From: Schmidtea nova
Lineage: Eukaryota
Reading direction: 5' to 3'
Length of the DNA: 64,000 nt
Assembly: GCA_044892505.1 (NCBI GenBank)
Contig: CM097882.1
Span: 260,338,001 to 260,402,000 of the forward strand
In this document: positions 51,290 through 64,000 of the stretch, piece after piece
How the letters are laid out: the number at the start of each line of letters is the position of its first letter
Numbering within the stretch: position 1 is the stretch's first letter
The notes under the pieces: model-generated
Databases searched by the model: none
What the model was told of the DNA's origin: nothing
The model's input: only the letters and a program-made list of their open reading frames with translations
Made by a program: the position numbers and the translations under genes

Positions 51290-51843
51290 ATCGTAATGAA
51301 TTCAACTGCGAGATTGGTATAGTCGCTGGTGATACAGATTCTTTCTTCTTGGAAGTTAAGAATTGTAAGTTGGATATTCTTTTGTCTGCTATGGTTAGGG
51401 ATAGGTTATTAGATACTTCGAATTATGACTCAAATCATACCTTTTACTCGAAAAACCTAGATTCCGTCATTGGTAAATTCAAAGACGAGAATAAAGGATT
51501 CAAGTATGATGAGTGGGTGTTTATTAGGCCAAAGTGTTACAGTCTTTTAGGTGATGAAGAGTGCATTAAGGCTAAGGGTATAACATTGAAGGATACTAAA
51601 CTGAATCATCAGTCGTATCTGGATTGTTATAATGATAATTTAATAGTTTCTGTTGATCAGTCGAGAATTGTTAGTAAGAATCATCAACTCTTTACTAATA
51701 AATCTTCTAAGATTGCCTTGTCTAATCTTGACGACAAAAGTCTTTGGGTGGGAAAAAATGTTAGTCTTGCTTATGGACATTATAAGGGAATTGATGTGGT
51801 TATGGGGGTGCGTGAAGATGCTGCTGATGAACAATTTGTCTGA
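51290..51843 (+). pseudogene. Protein-primed DNA polymerase B C-terminal fragment (Polinton type)
   Basis: GDTDSFF, LDTSNY, IGKFKDE, RPKCYS, KAKGI, KIALS. Confidence 0.9.
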
Positions 51844-52549
51844 AGATGAGAAGATTTTATTTTAAATAAAGTTTTATTTTTTAAAATATTTTGTGTTTTT
51901 GTTGTTTTTCTAGTTATTATTACTTTTTATTGTTGAGCGTTAAATTCTGATTATTTATATGTAACAGTTCTAGAATTTTAACCATTTTTAACCAAATAAG
52001 GTTTTTTCATGTTAAATTTATCGGAGAAGACCAATTTTTCGTGTTTTTACTTTTTGACCCTTTTATGTTCGCCATTGAATTCTCATTAGATTGGTAAAAA
52101 AAATTTAAATCTGAGCATTTTTGAAAGTTTTGGAAAATATTTTGAAAAAAAATTAATTTATTTTATATTTCTTGTAAGAATTATGAAAAAATAAAGAAAA
52201 ATTAATAAATTTCAGTGTTATGTCATCAATTGCGTAAGAAATAAGGGGCTATACAATTTTTAAGGTTTTATAAAATTATGTAATATATGAAGTATTATGT
52301 AATAATCACGAATGATTACGAAATATATAAATTATTACGTGTTTCATATGTATTATGTGAATCATTGCGTTAAAATTACGTTATATAAAGTATTATGTAA
52401 TGATTACATGATATAAAAGGTATTATGTAACATATAAAGTATTATGTAAATACTGTGTAATATATAAAGTATTGCGTAATTTCTTATAAACTGTATAGTT
52501 ATTACTTAATATATACAGTTTAGGGATAAATGGCTTGTGCTAGACCGCT

Positions 52550-54314
52550 CACTATCCCCTACTAACGACAGTGAAAATTTCTAAATATGAAAGATGTGCC
52601 AATGAATTATCAGTAAGTGTCAGCGGAAAATTACGGTTTATGGAACCGATAACCCTAATATTGCATGAGGAGCAAGTCAAACCGAATTTTTTACAATGTA
52701 ATCGATTATTAGCTTCATTATATAGTCTGGCACAGGATTCGTGGATAGCAATGCAAGATTACTGAAGAGAAAGAACGCCAGACAAATTGGAATTGACAAA
52801 TTTAGAATACTTAATAAATTTTACATCAATGAAAAAAATGGTACAAATGGGTTTATATGCGAGCGAAGACATTGAAGAAGCCCAAAGAAATTTGTTATTT
52901 CCGTCAAAAAGGAACATGTGATTTCAGAAATGATTGATACGATATTGACAAATGGAGAATATTTGCTGACATCTGACCATTTTTAAACGAGATACTTACA
53001 AAACGATGGAAAATATTTGGGGTAAATTTATTTTTCTTGGACAAGCATGTGCAGGATTTATTGGCATCGAGATAATTGCAGTACAGTAAAGGTAATAATA
53101 TCGCAAGTATTATCAGCTCATAGAATATATACAATTTCCGGATGGTCATGGGAAATAATTTAGGCTGTATTCCATTTTTGGCTAGATTTTTCATTACAAG
53201 TCATCAATACAAAGAAATGGCAAATATAAGGGTACAATGGAAAAATTATCAAAGACGTGAAGAATCACGATGCGACTCGGAGAATAAAAATCATGGCTGT
53301 AATAATGATAACAATGGGAGTAGATCAGAGCAGAAATCTTTTCGAAGGAGTATAATAAAAAGTAGAATAGAACTCAAATCTAGGTTGTTACTTGAATCAA
53401 TGTCAAAACTAACTGGAATTGTTAATATTTTTCAATGGTATACACCGACATATATACCAACAGCTGCAGTATACCAAAGTGAAAAATAGAGAGAAATGAA
53501 GCCAGTTGATGAGATTTAAGTCGAATTAGAAAAGATTGAACCATCAAGTGCCGAAATTGAAAGAAAAAATATGTTTGGTTTACCTTGAAGTAACGCATTT
53601 TTGACAATGGAATTGGGAGGAAAACAAGCTCGGACAGTTTAATAAACAGTAAGTTGAAGCATTGTTGGATTCAAGCTCAATTCACAGCATCGTATCAGAG
53701 AGTTTCTTAACGAGACATGATAAAGCCATAAACAAAAATTATTAAATATATGACCCATAACGTATTAAATATTATTGGGAAATTAGAAGTCAAGTTGAAT
53801 ATTGGAAATCAGAAGTAACGTTAATGAGAAAAGCCCTGTCAAATGTTTGATTGACATGTACATCATGGAAAAATTACAAGGAATCTCACTTGACTTAAAA
53901 CGGGAAAATTAATAAAAAGGCAGACTGATAATGTAGTACATGAAACAGGATAAGTCTTTTTAAATCAAACCATGGAAGTACTACCAAAAAGTGAATTAAT
54001 ATACTATGCCAATGCAGGTAATATTTCCGAATCCGAGTGCATTTTTGAACCAAATCAAAAATTAATAGAAAAGTACGACGTACCTATGTGTGACGAAATA
54101 GTGAAAATTAAAGACAAAACCGTGCCAGCGAGAATAGTTAATTGCACCACAAAATCTATTCAGGTGAAACCCAAAACAAAGTTGGGGAAACTGACAACTT
54201 TGAAAGAGGAAGAAGCACAAAAACAGCCTAGAATTATCAAGATATATAAAGAACCTCAAATGACAAGTGACGATTTAACAGAGGCACAAAAACAAGAATT
54301 TGCTGCATTATTAA
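52550..54314 (+). mobile_element. Degenerate gypsy G3, gag-protease part
   Basis: Heavily disrupted gag/PR-like frames ending LTEAQKQEFAALL, which continues in frame at 58614. Confidence 0.55.
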
Positions 54315-54318
54315 GGGT

Positions 54319-55241
54319 TGCTGGGCCAAAACTGCAAATTGTTTAAATGAAGCGGTAACACAACAAGTAGAGAGCGCGCAAGACTCTAATCTAAAGTCCT
54401 TTAATCAAAACATCAAGGAAAAAACAAAATGGTTAAAAGAAGCATGTCTAAAAAGCTAGAATAGACAAAAAACACATCGAATATGCACGTGGAGAACGCA
54501 TTCATGATATTAAACCTCGGTTGTGGAAATTTAGCATGTTTGTAAAAGGAAGATTACGATTATATCTTAAAAATTCGGAAAAAAATAAAAGAAAATAATT
54601 TTGATCGAAATTGCAACAAATTAAATCAAATTAGAATAAACTTTGATTCAAAAGTAAAATTTTGGATTAAAAAGAAATTATTTAAAGTTTTATGAAAATT
54701 TGATGTAAAATTATTAATTTAGTTTTGCGGAAAATTGTTGAAATTAATTTCGAGAAAATAAGAAACTCCTTCTAGAACAATTTGTTTTAATACCTCAATG
54801 GAAATAAAAATGCAGAATATTTATATAAATACCGCCATCAAAATGGAGAGAATAAGCAGAATGCTATTTTGCAAAAGATTTGCGGAGGAATTTTGTTGCT
54901 AAAAATTTTGAGGTTTTTAGCAGGGAAATTTTAACAAAGAATCTCTTACTACTAATATACCAGTGTGACTCTACCAGAATATTACGAAAGAAGATTATTT
55001 GTGATCGTGAATCGAATTATTCGTAAGAAACTTGATTTTGATTCCTAATTATAAAGGCCCGCGAAATCATGCCCTCGCTACCCGGCCTAGGTATTTTTCC
55101 TTATTTTAACCTTATTTTATATGTTAGTATATGATATTTTATGTATTCTTTTATGAAAATTATAATTTTTATATTTAAACTTTTATTAAATTTCGTCACA
55201 TTTTCTCATAAACTAATATCATTTTATTGTTATTTATCATA

Positions 55242-55272
<31 letters not shown>

Positions 55273-58200
55273 TTATATTTTTATATATATTTATATTTTT
55301 TTATGTATTTCATTAAAACCATTTCCATATCCTCTGACATCCGTTCAGGCCTCGTGCCGAACTGATGGAAGTAGCCTGAGCGGATCGTTGGTTCGATTTG
55401 TAATCGATCAGTCCATTTTTCCAACTCAAGGTGACACGCCCAAACATCCATGATCACTTCATCCCAACTGGGGAACAGTGGCTTGGCCAAGGGCAAGGTT
55501 TTTCATATTAAGGATCATCAATTTATATTAATGTATTTTTATCTGAATTATATTTTACAACATACAGTAAATTAAAATTTTATATTTTGATGAAAATCAA
55601 CGTTAATTCGTCCAATATTACCTTTATTTCCATCAAACTTATTAGTATAAAACACATAGCTCGTTATTCGCCTTCGCATTCGTAAAAACCTTTTTATCTC
55701 CTCAGAACTTATGAGCCAAATGGAGGTTGAAATTATGAAAATTGTTAAAAACAGATGCTCAAAGATCAATATAATTATTTAGATCACGACCGAAGAAGTG
55801 AATAATTATCGATTTATAAAATATCAAACCTCACAGAATTATAAAATTATAAAATTACAAAAATTTGTTCAAAAACAGCTCAAGTTAAAAAATGTATTAT
55901 TATATTAAAAATTTTATCATTTTAAAAATTTGAAATTTGAAATTTCGTAGGAAAATTTACAATCCTTAAAATATAAAAATTAGAATTCCAAAATTTATAT
56001 TATAAAAATTTGAAATTTTATTATTAAATAACTCTTATAAATTTATAAATTTAAAATCTGTAGAAGAAGTTGTAAAATTATTATTATTATCTTAATATTT
56101 TATATATAAATATATATTATTTTATAAAATACCCCCCGCGATATCACAAGATCATAATACATCCCTATTTGCAAAACCTTACATCCATTTCATTCATTAC
56201 TAACATCCATATGTAATACCATACAAAAATTCATTCAAACATCAACACACATACTATATCGTTTCACTCAATAGTACCTATCTGCATCAAAACCAATAAG
56301 ATACACACCCAAAAAATTCATTTAACAACATGTGTCTGCATCATACATCCAGATATACTGCACAAGCACCCACTTCATCTCGTCGGACAATTAATATTTC
56401 ACACAACATACCATCTCACATACCATCACATACAATCATAACAATAGGATATTGTCTCAAGTCTATAATAGTATACATACACACCAATTTACACTCACTA
56501 CATCTCACCTCACCAAACCACAACAAAACACAACAACCCATTTGGAAAATTTCATTTTAAATCACAACACCCATATTCACAATTAATCAAATCTATAATC
56601 ACATTTGTACTCATCATTTCACTCATTAAGATCTAAATAGTATAATGCTATATAGTATAATGCCTTCAGAAAAACCAATACCAAAATTCTAGCTCATCTA
56701 TAATTGAGATCTAGGTAGTCATTGCACTTATTGACATTCTATTGCCTTAATCTGTTTTTTATACNNNNNNNNNNNNNNNNNNNNNNNNNNNNNNNNNNNN
56801 NNNNNNNNNNNNNNNNNNNNNNNNNNNNNNNNNNNNNNNNNNNNNNNNNNNNNNNNNNNNNNNNNNNNNNNNNNNNNNNNNNNNNNNNNNNNNNNTATTA
56901 AGATCATTCTAGTGTGCTGCCATACTTAGGAAAGTTGATTAATGAGGTGATAACTGCTAATTTCGCAACAATTACTTCGTAAATTACCCAATTCTAACCC
57001 TATCCCTTAACCTCACTGTAAACTCATCCATATCATAGTTCCTGTCCCATTACATTGAACTTGTCAACAATTAATGAGGGAAGTATTGACATCCAACTTT
57101 ATGTAATTGGAAATTCCAACTCAATATACCAACAGGCAAATGAATACTACTATCCTGAATATTATAAATTATGGAAAAATTATGGAAAAACGAAAGACAC
57201 AAAACCATATAAAATATGTATTATTTTCATTAAAAAACGAGCACAATCAATTACACAACAATTTTTGCTTTACCAGTAGCAACTCCCAAAATTGCTTGTC
57301 TGTGGAATTATTTCCGAAATAATAGTCTGGCGTGGATTTTCTGAAGTAGACCACCAAGTATTTTTACAGCATAATAATAATTTCCATCATTTGACAATGA
57401 CTGAGAAAAATTCCAACTCAGATTTATTACGTAGATTGATGACCCGTTTGTTTTTCTGTTGGGGGTAGTTGAAGTTGAGCTGAATTATATTAAATGAAGA
57501 TAAAGCTTAAATTGGTTGATTCACCTTACGTAGTAACCGAATAAACCTGCCCAAAATGATGAAGGAAATTGAGAATAAGCTGTTTTTTCTAAACAATAGG
57601 AGAGATAAATAAGGCGAGGAATCCAAAGATGACTTACCCTTAATAATTTTTCCAGTTGAAATTTGGAAAATCTACATCGTAGAAATAGCTGGATAAAACA
57701 ACTAATCAATAAGTGACTATTAGAAATTAAATCGCATATTAGAAATTAGGGAATAGAAATTAATAATTCTTGAATTTCATCTATAGAGTTATTAAAAAGT
57801 TAAAATTCCCGGTTTAAAAGGGTAAAGGAATGAGGGAAAACCAAGTTTTATTATATAAAATTAAAAACATTAAATCCTTGCATTGACATATATGAAAATT
57901 TCAAGACCTAACGACCCAAGTTATTTCTGTTGATGTTAAGTATAACCGTTGCCGTTGTCAAGGCCTCGGCGAGAATTCAAATGTTATAATTATCGGATTT
58001 TTAATAAAAATGTAATTAAAATCCTAAAGCAAGATAGACATTAGGTATAGGGATAAGTAAAATTTAGTTAAATTTACTGACACAAAAATATAAAAATTTA
58101 AAAAATCTGGAAAATAATAAAAGTTTAGTTAAAATGAACAGTAGAAATCGAATACCCCGAATACATGTGTTGATAAAAGATTATTCAATCCCTGAATTGA

Positions 58201-58609
58201 GTTTGTGATGATATGTTTGAGCACGAGCTTGCGAAAAAAATGAATGTGAGGAAACTCCTGTGTTTTGAGACAATACTGTGTATACTGATTGATTGGGCCA
58301 AATTAAAAGATTTTTATCGATAAAATTATTTCATTTTGCTAATGTAAATTTGATATCTGCAGTTAAATTGTCGAAAGAGGGACAAAATGGGCATTAAACC
58401 TATCGGTAGCCCTTAGACCCAGGAGATATTCGGTCAATCATAGTTTCGAATTTTCGACGCTCACTGATTGCGAATACCCACCAATTTGTTGCATTACCAA
58501 CGTTACATTGTGACGGGCAACAAAATGGTTATTCTAATGTTTTATGTGTTGAGTTGTTTATGTGAGCCATAGCAACGTCAAGGTCGTATTGACGATCAAC
58601 AACCCACCA
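54319..58609 (+). mobile_element. Unclassified TG...CA element copy (4291 bp incl. gap) inserted in G3 pol
   Basis: GGGT|TGCTGGGCC ... CAACCCACCA|GGAT; removing it and one 4-bp copy restores ALLRIY*NAFAKHEYDLG. Contains the TATAAATACCG promoter and module C. Confidence 0.75.
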
Positions 58610-58613
58610 GGAT

Positions 58614-59850
58614 ATATTAAAATGCATTTGCGAAACATGAGTACGATCTAGGAGTCACTTTGATAATCGAACACGAGATACCATTTCTTGATGAAACTCC
58701 GATAAAAATACAACCGTATAGAATATCATATAAACATCAAGAGGAAAGTGATCTGCAAATTAAATCAATGAAAAAGTTTAAAATAATACGAGATAGTTTA
58801 TCACCATTCTCATCATCAATAGCAGTACTAATAAAGAAATATGATGAATTGGGATTTTGTGGGGATTATCAAAATTTAAACCAAGTTTCAAGGAAAAACA
58901 CATATCTTATCCAGAAATATTTGATCAGGCGTGAGAAGTACAGTTCTTTACAGTAATTGATCTTAATAAAGGATATAACCAATTTAAAGTCAAAAAGGAA
59001 GACAAGAGAAAAACTGCATTTTCAGATGGTAAAGGACTGTATGAATTCAATGTGCTACAATTTGGCTTAATCGGAGTACCTGCTACATTCAGAGAGAGAG
59101 AGATGAATTTTGTTTTGCGTGATATACCACATGCATTAGTCTATATTGATGATATAATAATATTTTCAAACCGTTTTCAGGAGCACTTAAAAGAAGTGGA
59201 AATAGTGTTTAAACGACTATTAGAAGCCAATCTAAAAATAAAACCTTCAAAATGTCAATGGGGAAAGTCAGAAGTTGTTTATGTAGGACATATTATTTCA
59301 TGACGAGAGTTACAACCAAATCCAGAAAATGTTGAAAAGATTAAAAAATACCCAATCCTCAAAGATGCAGATACAGTCAGACAATTTCATAAAGGATATT
59401 TTGCATGTAGCACAACTTTTTAATATCTTGCTAAAAAAGCAGACCAGATCCAAATAGGCAACAGCATTTGATAAATTATACTGATGACGGATGCAAACAA
59501 TTTCGCATTAGAGGCAGTACTGGAACAGCAAGAAGAAGGTTAGAAAGATCACATAATCGCTCATGCAAGCCGTTCATTAAAACCAAATGAAAAAATATTA
59601 TTCTACAATTGAAAAAGAAACCCTCGCATTAGTGTATCGGATAACTAACTTTCGACAATATTTAGTTGGAAGAAAGTTTGTTGTATTTACGGATCATATT
59701 CCATTACAATGGTTAATGAATTCAGCAAGAGATTCAGCAAGCAAGCTAATTAAATGGTCAATAGTACGATTTGGAAATTAAGTACCGCAGAGGGAAGTCG
59801 AGTGCTAATGCCGATGCAATGTCGAGAATCCCTGAGGAAAATATTATTCA
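58614..59850 (+). mobile_element. Degenerate gypsy G3, RT-RNaseH part
   Basis: IEHEI, SPFSS, QFGLIGVPATF, YIDDII, TDANNFAL, YLVGRKFVVFTDH. Confidence 0.85.
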
Positions 59851-60672
59851 GAATGAAGTAAATTATGAAAATAACATATTTATGGCAATTAAAACTGCAA
59901 ATAATATGAAAGAACTACAAAATGATCAAAAAGAAAGTGATTAGTTGGGAGAAAGTTTGTTACAATGACTATATATACAGATAAAACAAGGTTCCGCTAC
60001 TGGATGAAAATACCAGATTCAAGGTCGAATTAAAATACTATTAAAAATAGGACTATTTTCTCATAATAACAGTTGGAAAAATAACAATAAAAGTACAATA
60101 AGCCGGTCTAATATAGGAAGTTCAAATAATTTTTATTGCAAAACAACAACAAAAACTTTGTCAGTCCTATATACGAGCAATATTATTATTGCAACTTGCA
60201 TTTTTCTCTTTGAAATGTTCCATATTGAGGGTGAAATACCAGCTAGCCTTTTATTGGTCAATTTCATTTCGGAGGATTTGAGCAGAAATGTCAGTCAATA
60301 ATTGTGTGAGAATCAATAAGCAGCTTTGTCAATATTGAGTAATTAGCAGGACTCAATTAAATTTCAAATTCTAAAATAAAGTCATGACAACCGTTTATTA
60401 CTGCATGGACTTGAAAATTGCGTAAAAACAAATCCAAAACCGAATAAATATTACAACACAAATGGACATTAGAATCTTCAAATCTATATAATCATTATTA
60501 ATAGAACAACAATGTAATGGTCAGTAATAAAAGGACTAATGATAAAAGCAATCGATCTAGTCACATAAAACAAACCTAAATTGTCACAGAGAAATCAAAA
60601 GAAGTCATTTATTTTGAAATTCAAAATGAAATCATTATTATTTACAAAAAAAATGCCCCAGATGAAATCAAT

Positions 60673-62610
60673 CTATGCCAATGTTTCCTCTTCTGATTTG
60701 ACAACAACTCTCTTTATTATGTTTAGTATTACAGTTCTCTTTTCATCAATTTCTTTTTTTTTGAACCAATCTGCGAGACTGACAGTGAAATATTCGAAAG
60801 AGAAAGTTTTGATTGGTTTCTGAAATAGAAAAAAGATATTTTAATAAATCAACAAATAAAAATTAATAAAAACGACCAATAAAAAAATTCATTAATAAAA
60901 ACGACCAATAAAAATTAACTAATAAAAAAATTCAATAAAAATTAACCAATAAAAATTAACCAATAAAAAAATCCAATAAAAATTAACCAATAAAAAAATT
61001 CAATAAAAATAGACCAATAAAAATTAACTAATAAAAAAATTCAATAAAAATTAACCAATAAAAAAATTCAATAAAAATAGACCAATAAAACTCACCTGAA
61101 AAAAACATTCCAAATAATGAAGCAAATAAATTCCACAATCAAAGAAATTTTTCTGTTGTGGAACTTTCGGTAAATATCCTCTTACTGTCGATTTATCAAA
61201 TATCAATTTGCCGTCATTTTTCAATCGTTTTACATCCCACTCCGATTTTAAATAGTCTCTAATGATATTGACTTTATCAGTCCTACGTTGCAGCGACAAT
61301 GAATCAAGAACGAGAATACACGGCATCGGATTCAATTGTGGGTCTTCGGCTTTCAACTTTGCCAATTTCTCTTGACGAAACTTGGTAGCGAATTCGGTTT
61401 TATTTTCCGGAATAAAAGACATTTGAGCAACTGCTGATTTATTCAACAATTGGTTGTAGTCAATCATCCCGGCCATCCAAGGAAAACAGACAATCACGAG
61501 AAACCAATGCTGATTTTCAATAACTGGAATAATGATAAAATCCTTATCGAATATGTCAACGTTTTTCGTCCATTTAGAAACGCGTTCGTGTCGAATTTTC
61601 GAATCATCTAATTTACAATTATCTGTCGACCGCCCAATAAGCTTTGTATTGAAAAAACAATTGAAAATGTGAGTTCTTTGTCGTTGATTTTCCGTCATAA
61701 TCTCATTAAAAATATACGCGATGTAGAGATTGATAATGTTGTCATTAACGTAAACATAAGGCTTCAAGCACCGAAAATCCGACGATGTGATCTCAATACT
61801 GTGACTGTGTTTCGGTGAATAAACGTATTTGGATTCCGATGATTTGGACCTAGTTTTCTTTTGTAAATCGCAATTTATATCGTCTTTCAACTTTTTGTTC
61901 GATGATAAATTAAATGAAAAATCTTCTTTTTTTCTTTTACAAGAACTTTTAGGTGATTTTTGTATTGTCAGTGCATTTGATTCATTGGAACTTGGTTGAA
62001 TGTTGTCGTTTTTAAACAAATATCTTGTCCAATCGTAGATAAATTCATTTTCACTGCAATCATGTTTGTACATAGTCGAACAAAATGAGTTGTATAATTC
62101 TTTATTCATTGTAGTGATTTTCGTGGAATACGTCTTCATTTTTAGTAAACACTTGATTATTTGTATGTAATCTTTATTAGATTTAAAATCCAAACAAAAC
62201 CAGATTCGTTTTATGAATAACATTTCATTGGTGTTGTGTTGAGATTCTTTCAATGAAATCATAATCAAACAATTTTTTTGGTTATAGTGAATCGATAAAA
62301 CTTCCTCGGATGGCAATGTCGTTGATATTGACATATTAGACTTTAAACTTTTAAAACAATCAAAGGTTATTCCAGTTATGGAGATTTTGAGGAATTTATC
62401 TTTAGGAATTAAAATATGTTTCGAGCTAAAACAAACATATTTCAATGGTAGACTTAGAAGTTGTGGATTTCTTGATTCAATGCTAAATGCTATTTGTTTC
62501 TAAAATGAAACAAAGAGATATTAATTTCAAATTTTAAATAAATGTTAAAATTTACTCGAACTTCAGATTGTTTATTGCTATACCAAAGTAAACCAGGATC
62601 ACTCATTAAA
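60673..62610 (-). CDS. SENP6/7: SENP6/SENP7-type (Ulp2-like) SUMO protease, spliced; 5' start uncertain
   Basis: YVNDNIINLY, RVSKWTKNVDIF, QHWFLVIVCFP, PCILVLDSL, PQQKNFFDCG. Introns 60820-61095 and 62500-62555 (GT-AG, phase 0) give ...FFQ|KPIKTF...LADWF...EKRTVI. Confidence 0.9.
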
Positions 62611-63723
62611 TAAAACTATTGATAATGAAACACTTAATAAAAACAGATAGTAAAAATTTAGATATTAAAATTTAATTTGAAAAAAATATACAATATTTAA
62701 ACAAATTTTTGTTTTGATAGTTTGTTAATCATTATTTCATAATGATTTTATTGAAAATAAATATTGAAATATTATTTATATTAAAAAAAATTTTCTAACA
62801 AAAATTAATTTTTTCAAAATTTTTAAATAAGTAATTTATATTATTAAAATATTGACACAAAAGGTAACTGATGAAAACTTTTTTGAAAATAAAATAATTT
62901 ATAATGTACTCGTTTCTATTTAAAAATTTGATGTTAATTGGGGTTTAACAGTAAAATCTTATATTTAATTTCAATTTTTACAATAATTCCAAAATGTACT
63001 AATTTTGATGTGTTTATATTCTGCTTCGTAATAAGTTCCCTCATTTATTTCAATTACTCAAGCTATTTAACTTATTTATTTATTTTATAATATTTAAATT
63101 TTTAAATTTTTAAATAATTTGTTGAGTTTTTAAAATAATATGGGTAGTATAAGAAAATTTAAACGAAAATTCATAATGGTATAATTTAAATTTTCAACGC
63201 AACACTATATTCAATGTTATTTAATAGGTTATCATCTACTGAATTACTTAAGGTATTTAAAATATTTAATTATTTTATAATTGATAAGCTGGTAGAAGTG
63301 AAATTAATTATTTGTTTATGCATAAAAAATACAAACGCATCACAATAAGATAGTTAAAAATGGAATACACAAAATGTATAGTACAAGCTCAAAATATTAG
63401 CATACGAACCGCATTTCATAAGATGATCGAGGTATAGATAAAACGATAGAAAATAGACATTTTAGAAGAGAAGTCAAAATTGGATTGCAGGTCAAATTTA
63501 CATACAAAGGACCTCGTGTGAATTGAGTGGGGAAGACCATTGTTTTTATATTAAATAAGAAAAAGTATGATTGAAGATAAAATTAGTATTAAAATAAAAA
63601 GAATAATTTATTAAAAATTATAATATAAATCCCCATTGAAATATCGTTAAAATAACAGAGATTGAATTAAAATTAGATTTAGAATAGACAAGTGGTTTGC
63701 AAACATTTTCCAGTCTAGACATA

Positions 63724-63950
63724 TGGTGGGTAATTTGGTAAGCGCGAAAACTAATTACTATGGCTCCATTTCAATAACCTCGCATATAAACATTGAATAA
63801 CCGTATGGTTGTTCTCTACAGTGTGACATTGGTATTGCAACAAGAAAGTGACTGTCAAATTAATTGAAACTATAATTGACCGAATTTTGCGGGTGGGTTT
63901 ATAGGCGACCGATAGCAGTAATCGTAATTTTGATTCCATCCAGTCGCCGT
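63724..63950 (-). mobile_element. Module C and right terminus of another TG...CA element copy
   Basis: Aligns with 34078-34325 (GAAACTATAATTGACCGAAT, GAGCCATAG); ends ACCCACCA at 63724 on the minus strand. Confidence 0.65.
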
Positions 63951-64000
63951 TTCTCACTATTGAACAAAAAAGCAAAGTTTCAAAGAATTTTACAGTTTGT

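Overview
AT-rich animal genomic DNA with four N-gaps, made almost entirely of nested, mostly decayed mobile elements. The only convincing intact host gene is a spliced SENP6/7-type SUMO protease near the right end. Host taxon is not determinable from the window; spliceosomal introns of 56 and 276 nt and the repeat spectrum fit an invertebrate, possibly a flatworm (inference). Known element types: two complete short-LTR Ty3/gypsy retrotransposons (AGT...ACT LTRs, 5-bp TSDs, tRNA-Arg-like PBS), a third split gypsy remnant, a full-length Helitron plus a non-autonomous derivative, a Penelope-like GIY-YIG fragment, hAT, MULE, piggyBac, pogo/Tigger and Tc1 remnants, and a Polinton/adintovirus-like remnant (A32-type ATPase and pPolB) with a TBP-like gene between them. 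The main unexplained system is a dispersed family of 2.4-4.3 kb elements bounded by TG(T/C)TGGG...CCCA(A/C)CA with 4-bp TSDs. They carry an internal CCAAT/TATAAATACCG promoter, two unrecognised protein families (ORF A, ORF B) and a conserved 3' module C. About ten diverged copies or fragments occur here; two have demonstrable TSDs, one nested in another copy and one splitting a gypsy pol frame. A mosaic of TPR + beta-tubulin + Hsp70 coding fragments is also present.
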